Assembly (NCBI GenBank): GCA_051294375.1
Contig: JBJCIZ010000282.1
Span: 178,161-242,160 of the forward strand
Direction of reading: 5' to 3'
Length of the DNA: 64,000 nt
DNA from: Paraspadella gotoi
Lineage: Eukaryota > Animalia > Chaetognatha
Shown here: positions 34,816-48,125 of the stretch, piece by piece
How positions within the stretch are numbered: position 1 is the first letter of the stretch
How the letters are laid out: every line of letters begins with the position of its first letter
Translations under genes and position numbers: made by a program
The notes under the pieces: model-generated
Told to the model about the DNA's origin: nothing
The model's database searches: none
What the model saw: only the letters and a program-made list of their open reading frames with translations

Positions 34816-36334
34816 TATGTAAAAAATAAATCGTTGTATATAAACAAAATAAACTTTGTCTTTCTCTAATTATATTAACTTTTAACAAAAAATCTGAATC
34901 TGTTCTCAGAATTAAAAAAAAAAACATTTTGACATTAGTACTATATACAAAATAAGCTGACTGGGCGATTATATTTATAAAATAGAAAAATAACAACAGA
35001 TTAGTATTCACTAATATGATAGTTTTCAAGATATAACTGCTAAATTTTGATTCCAAACTTTCACTTCACCCTACTGCATAGTCGTACGAGCACTACTTAC
35101 GGCGTCGATGTTATTGTTTATTTGAGTTGCTTAGTAATGAAAACCTTCACTACCGTTCTTGAGGCGCCTTAAGACGAGTCGCAAGTTTTTGAAATAAAAG
35201 ATTAATTTGAGGAAAACTGCCCAAAATGTAAGATAAAAATAAACTGTAAAATTTTAAAATGTAATTCGACATTGTATTTGATAAATAATATTTCTGCAGA
35301 GTTTGAACACACCACTTCACTTTTCCTACACTACATTTCCTACAATAAACTACACTTCGTTGAAACTCACGGGCATTAAATTTTAAATAGTTTTTGATAG
35401 GCTTTAGTAGTGGAAATTTCGATTTCATATTCAAACTATTGGCAAGCAAAAATAGAGGGGGAAAATAAAACCTTAGAGCTGGCTGGATGAAGAGGGACCT
35501 TGACCCATTGAATCCGGTTGACATTGAATATAACCTAGCTGATAGCCACTTTTAGCTATTAGCTATTAGCCGCTATTAGCCAGCGGGGCTAGTTAGAATC
35601 GGACAACACTTGTAAAGAATAGTTTACTGAATAGCTGTAATACACTGCATAGTAGTACTAACGCTGCTTACGGCGTCGTCGATATTTATTTATTTGAGTT
35701 GCCTAATTACTGAAAATTCTATTTCATATTCAAACTATTCATATTCAAACTATTTAGCGAGCAAATAGGAGGGAAAAATAAAATCACTACTTAGAGCTGG
35801 CTGGACGAAGAGAGACTTTGGCCCATCGAATCCAGTTGTAATTTAACTATAACCTAGCTGATAACCGGCGGGGCTAGCTAGGATCGAACGACGCTAATAG
35901 CCTCTCGGGCTCAAGCGAAGTTTGAATTTTTTTGCAGTTTTTAATAAACGGGCCGGTTTTTCGAAACTGGTGGCTAATATTCTCCGTCGACGCCGCCGTT
36001 GGACCCGAGGACGAGGAACGTGGGCGTGTGAACGTCGAAGCCGTCAAGTTCGTCGAAGCCGACATCAAAAGTATGGAAAGTCCTATGCCTAATGGCGATG
36101 GCGAATGTGAGACCTTCATAGTCAAAAAAGGATATTTTTAAAATTCGCGAAACGCAAATGAATGTATGGTTCGGGCGTTATTTAACAAACTAAACTTAAC
36201 TTGATGTTTTTGTGGGATCTTACCACTAAGTGAAGTTTGAGCTTACGTTCCTAGCAATTTTTCACATTTTATTGCTTACATTATCATTACGAGTGCATAG
36301 CTTGATCCACGATAGTGTGTGTTAGGGAATTGTC

Positions 36335-37610
36335 TTGTTAATATTTTGCCTGCCCAAGAATGCAACGTCGGAGGAGGAGAGGATAGAAAGGATGAGGAGG
36401 ATGGAGGCAGACGGAAGAGAAAGGATGAGGAAGATGAAGGAAGAAAGAAAAGAGACGATGAAAAAAATGGATGAAGAGAAAATAGACATACTATTAGATA
36501 TAGAGATGGAGGCGAGAAAAAAAAGACTTGAAAAACTGCGCCGCCATGAGCGTTGCTACGAGGAGCGCCCCAAGGAGCGCCGCCGGGTGGAGAGTCTTTT
36601 CAAGGAGTGCCGCCGTGAGGAGTGCCGTATGGATGAGTGCCGCCATGAGGAACGCCGCCACAAGGGGCGTCACCATGAGGAACGCCGCCGAGAGGAGCGC
36701 TGCCACGAGGAGGGTTTGGAGTGTCCGGTTGGAGGAGCACCACGAGAAGTGCCGTCATAAGGAGCGACGACTTGAGGAGCACCGCCAGGAGGAGCGCCAC
36801 CGCAAAGAGCGCCGCATTGAGGAGTGCCGATTCAAAGAGCGCCGCCGTGAGGGGCACTGCATTGAGAAGCGCCGCCAAAAGAAGCGCTGCTGTGAGGATC
36901 GCCGAATCAAGGAGCGCCATCGAGAGCAATGCCGAGACGGAGAGGATAGATACGGCGTCCTGAGAGACGAGGAACCATCACCAACAATTGTACCCAATAC
37001 GATCGTCACGGCGATAAGGGACCGGAAAAAGGAAGAGGAAAAGGGAGTGCCGGCCGTGGGGAGCTTTTTTCTATGATTACAATAAATGGGAAGAAAAATG
37101 CGATAATTTTTTGCTGTAACGCCGTCGGAGGTACAGCCACAGTCCGTTGCACCACTCGTCCCAGTGCCGTCATGTGTGCCGCCAGAGCCCATTCACAGAC
37201 CTGGATCTACGCTCATGCCCAGGCTGTCAGAGCAGAAAAAAATTTTTGAAGACAGGGTTGCTGAAGGGAATGTTGCTGAAGAAAAAGCTGCTAGAGAAAA
37301 AGTTGCTGAGAAGAACGTTGCTCAAGAAAAAGATGCTGAAGAAGAATTTGATGTAAAAAAAGAAGACAAAGCTGAGGAAGAAGTTGCTGAAGTGGATGAA
37401 AAAGTTGCTGAGAAAGAAGTTGCTGAAAAAGTTTGAAAAGAAGCTGGCGAAAAAGTTGCAGAAGTCGGATGGAAAAAGTTGCATGAGAAGCTGCTGGAAA
37501 AGCTGTGGGGGAAGCTGCTGGAAAAGTTGCGAAAAAAGTTGCAGAGGAAGCCACTCAAGAAGCTGTCAAAGTGGAAGCTGCCAAAGATAAACCAGCCAAC
37601 CGCCTGTGAT
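36335..37610 (+). pseudogene. Disrupted highly charged protein ORF: E/R/M-rich, then EERRH/EECRR pentapeptide repeats, then EKVA repeats
   Basis: ORFs 36335-36760, 36528-37076 and 37164-37436 continue one another across frameshifts and stops. The underlying DNA unit is 15 bp (GAGGAGCGCCGCCAT). Confidence 0.5.
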
Positions 37611-39019
37611 CAAGGAGACGTTGCAAAATCACTTTTCATCATTTGGAGTTTTTTTTTAGTCTTGTTCCCATCTGAATCTCATCTGACAATTCAGCTCTCC
37701 AGTCTGCTGTTTGAGCCTGACTATAAGCTGTCAACTGCCGTGGCTTTGCTGGATACTCTGTCTGACAGTGAATTATTCAAGTATCAAGGTCGTACATGTG
37801 AAAAGCGTCAGGGAGCCTCCCCCAGGGATGGCAATAGTACCAAAAGGAAGCCATAATCATAGAGCACATGCAAGATACAATTTTAAAATCTTTTTTGCTG
37901 AAACCTTCAAAATTATAATAAATTTTGAAACTAATGACACCCCAGAAGAATAGATAATGATTCTGAAAGAGAAAAGGCTAAATTGTACTCTAGTGAAACT
38001 TAAAAGTTTTTTGGATAAAGAAAATATAAATCTTTTTCAACTTAAATATTTGCTTGTTTGCTTTAACTAGCATGCTTATAAAATTCTAAGAAATGTTAGA
38101 CATGCTATCGCAGCCTAAGTATTTATCTTTCTTTTCCACCAGCAAAAAGTAAACATTATCTTATTTTAGAGAACAGGCACGTTTACTGAAAGGAGCTGGA
38201 TGATGTCCAACTTCTTCCCTTTGCTATTATTTTTCAAATATAAAATAGGCGAATTTTTTAATTATTTAACTCTCACAGGCTTCACAAGACATTATACTTT
38301 CATAATATCCCAATGTTAATGTAATTATTATATTTTTAGTTATGGATTCCTTTCGTTCATTTAGGAAAAAAATTAATTAGCGGAATTATAAGTTTGTAAG
38401 AGGAAGTCAGAATCGGCGAAAATCTTGTAAGGCGAACAAGTTGGAAAAAAAAGTATAAAGATCTCGCAAAAAATAGTATTATGAAAAAGTACTATAATCT
38501 AATTTGCATATTGCAGTAAATCATAATGAAGTGAAATTCAACCAAAAAATACTTGAATCGATATGAAACAAAGAAAACGGACACACATTTCAACTTCCTC
38601 TCTGCTCACTAATAAAACTTGATAACTAGATACATTTGTTTGTTGTTAAACCATAAACCGGCAAAAATAGGCAGTAAAAAAATTATCGGCATGTAGCATA
38701 CAAACTGGCATATTCAAATTGTGAAAAAAAGTTTAAGGTTTTTCGATCAACAACATTGGACAGAGTATGAAAAATACTTCCTCTGGCAATGAAATCTGTA
38801 TTAAATATGCTACTTGCTTATTTTACTTATTTATTTCTTTGATAACAATTATTGTTAATTCCCATTACAATTATTTGAGATCAGGAACGGATTGCTAGCA
38901 TTTATACAATTACGCGCCAACAGATTTCGGTTAATACCAATTTTCCTCTGAGATGCTTGTGCTTGTGATGCTTCTGTAATACTAAAAATGGCGATAATAA
39001 TAAATAAATAAATAAATGG

Positions 39020-39668
39020 CGAAATTAATTAATCAACTAATAATTAATTAATTAATAATTAATTCAAGTTAATTAATTATTTAATTAATTAATTAATAAT
39101 TAATTTATTCAAGTTAATTATTTAATTAATTAGGCAATTAATTAATTTGATCCTAAATGTTTGTTTTGATTGATTAATTAACTGATTAATTAATTATTAA
39201 TTAATTGACTAATTGATTAATTAACTGAATAATATTTTGATTAATTAATACATCTACATCATAATTTAAAATAAAAAAAAAGCATAATCAATTAGTGAAA
39301 CAGGTTCTTTGTTTTTTCCATTTAAACTCATTTCCACTGAAACGATTCTATCAAAACTTGATTTCCAGTTTATTCACACACTTTTCTACTCAAATACAAA
39401 ATTTCAAGTCAATCGCCCCATCCACTCATGAGTAATTTGTGTTCAAATAGTGAAATATATTTTTTGTTTTTTTCCATTTCAACTCATTTCCACAAAGACG
39501 ATTCCATTGAAACTTTATATCCAGCTCAATCACAGACTTCCCTACCTACGCACAAAATTTCATTCCAACCCATCCATCCAATCACGAATAATTGGTGTTT
39601 TTTGCTAAGGTGGGATCGACAAAGTGAATTATAGAGTCGGGATCTGCTTAAAGCAGATCCGACTAAAA
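39020..39668 (-). mobile_element. Shorter HINE-family copy
   Basis: 5' hairpin end AGTCGGGATCTGCTTAAAGCAGATCCGACTAAAAA at ~39635-39669. The body matches the reverse complement of 2318-2700 and 3430-3670. Duplicate at ~45520-46166. Confidence 0.75.
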
Positions 39669-41576
39669 ATAATCAGAATTTTTAGAAATATGTGCAACCC
39701 TGTGCTCAAAATTTAATCATCAAAATTCAACCTTTCCTACGCGCATTTTTTAATTAAAATTTAATCTTTTCTTGGCTGTAATTTTTTTTATATACTATTT
39801 TTATTTCAAGATTTTTAGTTTATTTATGCTTAATTTGTATAAAAAATAAATTATTTTCCTTTTATTTCGTTTACATGGGTGTTATTACTCTTTCGTCCAA
39901 GGCTTCAGCAGTTAAAATTAATTCTTATGAGGCCCTCAACACGCATACGAGGCTTACGCTAAAATTTGGCATTCTAATAATTTGAACTATGTAGTACTTT
40001 CTTTGTAGATCAAAAACGGAATCTGTTTTAATAGCGCAAGTTGATCCCTCGCGACCATGTTTTTTACGGTCTTTTTTTGCCAATTACTTTTGAACACCTC
40101 GTCCAATTTACCAGGAATTTTGGATTTCGGCTAATTTCGCCACTCTTTCCAACGATACCAAATTTATTTAAAAAATTTGTCTAGTTTCGAAACGACTGGC
40201 ATCCCCAACTTATGTTTAAAATGCTCATTTGTTAAGACAAAAAAAAAATCGCAATTCTAAATGACCTCTCGGGCCACCTAATCTCTATTGGGAAAAATGC
40301 CCCAAGGTTTTCCCCTCGATTCTCTAAGAACGAACCGTAAACTTCGTAAAGGCTAATTTATGTTGCTTACGAATTCCAAAATCTAAGATGAAAAAATGAA
40401 AGCAAACCATAAAGACGTGCTTAAGATAGCGGTAGAAAACGAGAAGCAGCAAAAAAAAAACCGCATATAGTGATTGAGGGATGGTCCATCTTATCCCAAC
40501 ATTTTTTCATGTTAAGCAAAAGAATGCAATTAAAATTGCGTAAATTGTTTAAAAAATTTCAAAAAGATTGAACAGTGTCGTTGCCTAGTTTGGCGATCTT
40601 GAAAGTTTTTCGGGGTCCCCCACTCGAATGTCAACAAACCCTTACAAGATTGTGGTTTGGCCCCCCCATAATAGGACCCATGCCAACCACAAGGTGCGGA
40701 TACGCAGCACACGACGGGCACCCCAGCCCGTCCCAATGATCTGCTTTTTTGGACATTAGTTTCTTGTTCCCTCAGCAGTTCAACTGGGTTTCAATAACAA
40801 GACTGAAAGATAAAAAAATAAATAAACCACTTTAGCAGCATTCTCTTTTGTGGGCCTTTCCCCAGCCACCATAGCCAGCCCCATTTTGTTTTAATCTTCT
40901 AAAAAAAATTGTAACAAAATTAGATAAAACTTTTAAAGATTGGTAAAACGGCCCATCATTTAAACTTAGGAAATGAAGAATAGATTTTTTCGAAAAAAGT
41001 GTAAAAAAAACGAATTTTATAAAGTTCTTTGCTCGACTTTCCAGTTCTGTAAAATCTACAGAAAAAAAATAAAAATAAAAAATAAATACACAAAAAGTTT
41101 GGAGCTAAAACCGTTTTGAAATAAAGAAATAAACTAAAATTATTCTCTTTTACGAGTATGGAACAAGGTGGGAGAAATTCTATGAGAGGGCATTTTGGAA
41201 GATGTTACAGTTTTCAAATGATATTGTAGAATTTAATGCCTAAAATTTCTTATTTCCCTTTTTTTTTTTCTTATGAAGAATTGTGAATTTGAAAAAATCC
41301 CCTCTCTATAGAATTGGGAACCCTTGTCCTCGAGTAAATTTAAATGGTAAAATTATCATGAAAATGCCGCTCTAGGCGTTTGGGCTGCAACTCTTTCCGA
41401 AACGAGGTTTCTTTTATTTTATATAGCTATTATAAAATTCCGACAAATACAGCAATGATTCGAAGAGAAGATCAAAGTGAATATCATTTTCTGAATCCAA
41501 GCTGGACCTACTACTGTTTCGAATACAAGTCAGCTTTATTTAAGTCTAATTATAACTTTTGGCCAGTGAATCGCCA

Positions 41577-44500
41577 GGCCTTAAGACGAGTCGCAAGTTT
41601 TTGAAATAAAAGATTAATTTGAGGAAAAACTGCCCAAATGTAAGATATAAAAATAAACTGTAAATTTTAAAATGTACATTCGAACATTGTATATTGAGTA
41701 AATAATATTTCTGCAGAGTTTCGACACACACACCCACTTCACTTTTCCTACACTACATTTCCTACAATAAACTAACCACTTCGTTGAAACTCACGGCATT
41801 AAATTTTAAATAGTTTTTCGATAGGCTTATAGTAGTGGAAATTTCGATTTCATATTCAAACTATTGGCAAGCAAAAATAGAGGGGGAAAATAAAACCTTG
41901 AGGCTGGCTGGATGAAGAAGGGACCTTGACCCCATTGAATCGCGGTTGACATTGAATATAACCTAGCTGATAGCCACTTTTAGCTATTAGCTATTAGCCG
42001 CCTATTAGCCAGCGGGGCTAGTTAGAATCGGACAACACTTGTAAAGCAATAGTTTACTGAATAGCTGTAATACACTGCATAGTAGTACTAACGCTGCTTA
42101 CGGCGTCGTGCGATATTTATTTATTTGAGTTGCCTAATTACTGAAAATTCTATTTCATATTCAAACTATTCATATTCAAACTATTTAGCGAGCAAATACG
42201 AGGAGGGAAAAATAAAATCACTACTTTGAGCTGGCTGGACGAAAGAGAGCTTTGGCCCATCGAATCCGGTTGTAATTTAACTATAACCTAGCTGATAACC
42301 GGCGGGGCTAGCTAGGATCGAACGACGCTAATAGCCTCTCGGGCTCAAGCGAAGTTTTGAATTTTTTTGCAGTTTTTTAATAAACCGGGCCGGTTTTTTC
42401 GAAACTGGTGGCTAATATTCTCCGTCGACGCCGCCGTTTGCGACCCGAGGACGAGGAACGTGGGCGTGTGACGAGCGTCGAAGCCGTCAAGTTCGTCGAA
42501 GCCGAATCAAAAGTATGGAAAGTTCTTGCCTAATGGCGATGGCGAATGTGAGACCTTCATAGTCAAAAAAGGATATTTTTAAAATTCGCGAAACGCAAAT
42601 GAATGTATGGTTCGGGCGTTATTTAACAAACTAAACTTAACTTGATGTTTTTGTGTGACGGACTTTACACTAAGTGAAGTTTGAGCTTACGTTCCTAGCA
42701 ATTTTTCTCATTTTATTGCTTACATTATCATTACGCGTGCATAGCTTGATCCACGATAGTGTGGTGTTAGGGAATTGTCTTGTTAATGTATTTTGCCTGC
42801 CCAAGAATGCAACGTCGGAGGAGGAGAGGATAGAAAGGATGAGGAGGTGGAGGCTAGACGGAAGAGAAAGGATAGGAAGATGAAGGAAGAAAGAAAAGAG
42901 ACGATGAAAAAAATGGATGAAGAGAAATAGACATACTATTAGTATATAGAGATGGAGGCGAGAAAAAAAGACTTGAAAAACTGCGCGCCATGAGCGTTGC
43001 TAGCGAGGAGCCGCCCAAGGAGCGCCGCCGGGTGGAGAGTCTTTTCAAGGAGTGCCGCCGTGAGGAGTGCCGTATGGATGAGTGCCCGCCATGAGGAACG
43101 CCCCACAAGGGGCGTCACCATGAGGAACGCCGCTGAGAGGAGCGCTGCCACGAGAGGGTTTGGAGTGTCCGGTTGGAGGAGCACCACGAGAAGTGCCGTC
43201 ATAAGGAGCGACGACTTGAGGAGCACCGCCAGGAGGAGCGCCACCGCCAAGAGCGCCCGCATTGAGGAGTGGTCCCGATTCAAAGAGCGCCGCCGTGAGG
43301 GGCACTGCATTGAGAAGCGCCGCCAAACAGAAGCGCTGCTGTGAGGATCGCGCGAATCAAGGAGCGCCATCGAGACGCAATGCCGAGACGGAGAGGATAG
43401 TACGGCGTCCTGAGAGACCGAGGAACCATCACCAACAATTGTACCCAATACGATCGTCACGGCGATAAGGGACCGGAAAAAGGAAGAGGAAAAGGGAGTG
43501 CGGCCCGTGGGGAGCTTTTTTCTATCGATTACAATAAATGGGAAGAAAAATGCGATAATTTTTTGCTGTAACGCCGTCGGAAGGTACAGCCACAGTCCGT
43601 TGCACCACTTCGTCCCAGTGCCGTCATGTGTGCGCCAAGAGCCCATTCACAGACCCTGGATCTACGCCTCATGCCCAGGCTGTCAGAGCAAGAAAAAAAA
43701 AAGACAAAATTTTTGAAGACAGGGTTGCTGAAGGGAATGTTGCTGAAGAAAAAGCTGCTAGAGAAAAAGTTGCCTGAGAAGAACGTGCGCTCAAGAAAAG
43801 ATGCTGAAGAGAATTTGATGTAAAAAAAGAAGACAAAGCTGAGGAAGAAGTTGCTGAAGTGGATGAAAAGTTGCTGAGAAAGAAGTTGCTGGAAAAAGTT
43901 TGAAAAGAAGGCTGGCGAAAAAGTTGCAGAAGTCGGATGGAAAAAGTTGCATGAGAAGCTGCTGGAAAAGCTGTGGGGCTGCTGGAAAAGTTGCGAAAAA
44001 AGTTTGCAGAGAGAAGCCACTCAAGAAGCTGTCAAAGTGGAAGCTGCCAAAGATAAACCAGCCAACCGCCCGCCTGTGATCAAGGAGACGTTGCCAAAAT
44101 CACTTTTCATCATTTGGAGTTTTTTTTTAGTCTTGTTCCCATCTGAATCTCATCTGACAATTCAGCTCTCCAGTCTGCTGTTTGAGCCTGACTATAAGCT
44201 TCAACTGCCGCTGGCTTTGCTGGATACTCTGTCTGACAGTGAATTATTCAAAGTATCAAGGTCGTACATGTGAAAAGCGTCAGGGAGCCTCCCCCAGGGA
44301 TGGCAATAGTACCAAAAGGAAGCCATAATCATAGAGCACATGCAAGATACAATTTTAAAAATCTTTTTGCTGAAACCTTCAAAATTATAATAAATTTTGA
44401 AACTAATGACACCCCAGAACGAATAGATAATGCATTCTGAAAGAGAAAAGGCTAAATTGTACTCTAGTGAAACTTAAAAAGTTTTTGGATAAAGAAAATA

Positions 44501-46892
44501 TAAATCTTTTCAACTTAAATATTTGCTTGTTTGCTTAACTAGCATGCTTATAAAAATTCTAAGAAATGTTAAGACATGCTATCGCAGCCTAAAGTATTTA
44601 TCTTTCTTTTTCCACCAGCAAAAAGTAAACATTATCTTATTTTAGAGAACAGGCAACGTTTACTGAAAGGAGCTGGATGATGTCCAACTTCTTCCTTTGC
44701 TATTATTTTTCAATAATAAAATAGGCGAATTTTTTAATTATTTAACTCTCACAGGCTTCACAAGACATTATACTTTCATAATATCCCAATGTAAATGTAA
44801 TTTATAATATTTTTAGTTATGGATTTCCTTTTATAAGGAAAAAATTAATTAGCGGAATTATAAGTTTGTAAGAGGAAGTCAGAATCGCGAAAAATCTTGT
44901 AAGGCGAACAAGTTTGAAAAAAAAAAGTATAAAGATCCTCGCCAAAAATAGTATTATGAAAAGTACTATAATCTAATTTGCATATTGCAGTAAATCATGA
45001 AGTGAAATCCAATCCAAATACTTGAATTCGATATGAATCAAAGAAACGGACACACGTCTATTTAATGCATCACAAAATTTCACTCCTCTCTGCCTCACTA
45101 ATAAAACTTGATAACTAGTACATTGCTTTGTTGTTAAACCATAACAGGACAAGACAATAGAATAGGCAGTAAAAAAATTATCGGCATGTAGCATACAAAC
45201 TGGCATATTCAAATTGTGAAAAAAAGTTTAGGTTTTTCGATCAACACAGAGATCTGATAATGACGATGTATGAAAATACTTCCTCTGGCAATGAAATCTG
45301 TATTAAATATGCTACTTGCTTATTTCATTATTTATTTCTTTGATAACAATTATGTTAATTCCATTACAACTTATTGAGATCAAGGAACGGATTGCTAGCA
45401 TTTATACAATAAGGCCCAAAGTAATTTGGTTAATAACCAATTTTCCTCTGAGATGCCTTGTGTAGTTGCTGTAATACTAAAATGGCCGATAATAATAAAT
45501 AAATAAATAAATGGCGAAATTAATTAATCAACTAATTAATTAATCTAATTAATATTAATTCAAGTTAATTAATTATTTAATTAATTAATTAATAATTAAT
45601 TTATTCAAGTTAATTATTTATTAATTAGGCAATTAATTAATTTGATCCTAAATGTTTGTTTTGATTGATTAATTAACTGATTAATTAATTATTATTAATT
45701 GACTAATTGATTAATTAACTGAATAATATTTTTGATTAATTAATACATCTACATCATAATTTAAAAAATAAAAAAGCCATAATCAATTAGTGAAACAGGT
45801 TCTTTGTTTTTTTCCATTTAAACTCATTTCCACTGAAACGATTCTATCAAAACTTGATTTCCAGTTTATTCACACACTTTTCTACTCAAATACAAAATTT
45901 CAAGTCAATCGCCCCATCCACTCATGAGTAATTTGTGTTCAAATAGTGAAATATATTTTTTGTTTTTTCTCCATTTCAACTCATTTCCACAAAGACGATT
46001 CCATTGAAACTTTATATCCAGCTCAATCACAGACTTCCCTACCTACACACAAAATTTCATTCCAACCCATCCATCCAATCACGATATAATTGGTGTTTTT
46101 TGCTAAGGTGGGATCGACAAATGAATATAGAGTCGGGCATCTGCTAGAAAGCAGATCCGACTAAAATAATCAGAATTTTTAGAAATATGTGCAACCCTGT
46201 GCTCAAAATTTAATCATACAAAATTCACTTTCCTACGCGCATTTTTAATTAAAATTTAATCTTTTCTTGGCTGTAATTTTTTTATATACTATTTTTATTT
46301 CAAGATTTTTAGTTTATTTATGCTTAATTTGTATAAAAAATAAATTATTTTCCTTTTATTTCGTTTACCATGGTGTTATTACTCTTTCGTCCAAGGCTTC
46401 AGCAGTTAAAATTAATTCTTATGAGGCCCTCAAACGCATACGAGGCTTACGCTAAAATTTGGCATTCTAAATAATTTGAACTATGTAGTACTTTCTTTGT
46501 AGATCAAAAACGGAATCTGTTTTAATAGCGCAAGTTTGATCCCTCGCCGCAATGTTTTTTACGTGTCTTTTTTTGCCAATTACTTTTGAACACCTCGTCC
46601 AATTTACCAGGAATTTTGGATTTCGGCTAATTTCCCACTCTTTCAACGATACCAAATTTATTTTAAAAAATTTGTCTAGTTTCGAAACGCACTGGCATCC
46701 CCAACTATGTTGATTTTAAGAAATGCAATCTAAAACCTCTCGGGCCACCTTCAGGAAATCCTAACCTAATAAGAATAATAACGAATTCAATGCAATTGGT
46801 GTCATAAATACAATATAACAAGTTTGAGCAAACAATGCCGGATCTACCCTGTAAAGAAAGTAGTCGTACATTTACTGAATAGCTCTATTGCA
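41577..46892 (+). repeat. Indel-rich second copy of ~35166-40279, plus the end of the 750-bp block
   Basis: Colinear over ~5 kb, differing mostly by single-base indels. Confidence 0.9.
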
Positions 46893-48125
46893 ATGATAAT
46901 CATTCATTGATCGTGATGATAGTCCTTCATTGATGGCGGATGATAATCATTCATTGATGCGATGTAGTCATTCATTGATGTGATGATAACCATTTATTGA
47001 TGCGATGATAGTCAGTTCATCTGATTCGATGATAATCATTCATTTGATTTGATGATAGTCATTCATTGACGCGATGAGTCAATGAGAGAGAGAGAGAGAA
47101 GAGAGTAGCTGCCTCGCCGCACGGCCACGAAATCTAGGCCAATCGTAAGTTTGTAATTTTGGGATTTTGTATGGAGAAAAAAGCGCGGAATAAATGGCGA
47201 TAATAAAGTTTTTAGAAAGAAAAAAAATAATCAGAATTTTTCAAAAAATGAACGGTCACGCAAGAGATCGTACAGAGAGAGACAGACACACACGACAGAA
47301 AGAGATGGAGAGAGATGAAGAGACGGAGTGAGACGGAGAGAGAGAGAGAGCCTGAACTCGTTTTTTAAAATTTAACCCTAATGACATAAAGTGACGTAAA
47401 GACATGACCTAAATCATGACCAAAAAATGACATAAACCGATATAAAGACATGATGATGCAGATGACGTAATAAAAAACGCAAATTGATTAAATTGGATTC
47501 CGGATATAATGATTAATGACTAATAGCTAAAAGACCAACCATGACTAAAATGACTCAAAATGAAATAATAACTTGACAATGTTATAACACTATGAATTAA
47601 TGGTGTAATGGTGATATTTATTTTTTTTAAATGACATAAAATACGCCTGATAAATTTTTTTCTGAAGAAATAAAAGAAAGGCAAAAAATGATACAATTGT
47701 TTACAATTTTAAATTGTTACAATTTTTCCAATCATAGGTTGTTAACCATTTTATTTTTATTTGTATTAAAATTAAGATATAGCTTTTCATTAAAAAGGTC
47801 TTCTATTTCACATTTTTATATAGATTCAAAGATTTTTTATGAATTTTATCTTCAATATTATTTACATGGCAATATGTAAAATAGATTAAAGTATTTTCTA
47901 TATACTAATTTGGATTATTATTAATGAGTACTATAATTCTCATTTTGCTAATGATGTGGAAAATTTAAACAAAAAATACTTGAATCCAAATGTAATATGA
48001 AATTTTAAAGCTTATTTCAAATGAAAGAGCCATATCTAAATTTTAACTTACTATGATCACACACTTTTATAAAATTTATCGTAATTACATATTTATTTTT
48101 ATTTAAAAAAAAAACTAAGTCCCAG

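Larger units (their letters stand above)
33510..34870. mobile_element. Insertion bounded by two outward-facing PLE ends, each with a hammerhead motif
   Basis: 33543-33660 is an imperfect inverted repeat of 34750-34871. The pyrimidine-rich tails resemble those of the other PLE copies. Confidence 0.65.
32858..35073. mobile_element. hAT-type MITE (inverted copy of 22889-23499) expanded by two nested insertions
   Basis: Ends AGAGTGATGTGAAA...TTTCACTTCACCCTA, flanked by CTGCATA(G). 32858-32935, 33194-33505 and 34870-35073 together reconstruct the MITE. Confidence 0.82.

Noticed and set aside
32103-40279. 750-bp blocks as LTRs of an 8-kb element
   Set aside because: No TG...CA ends with PBS, PPT or TSD, and the interior is a patchwork of other repeats.
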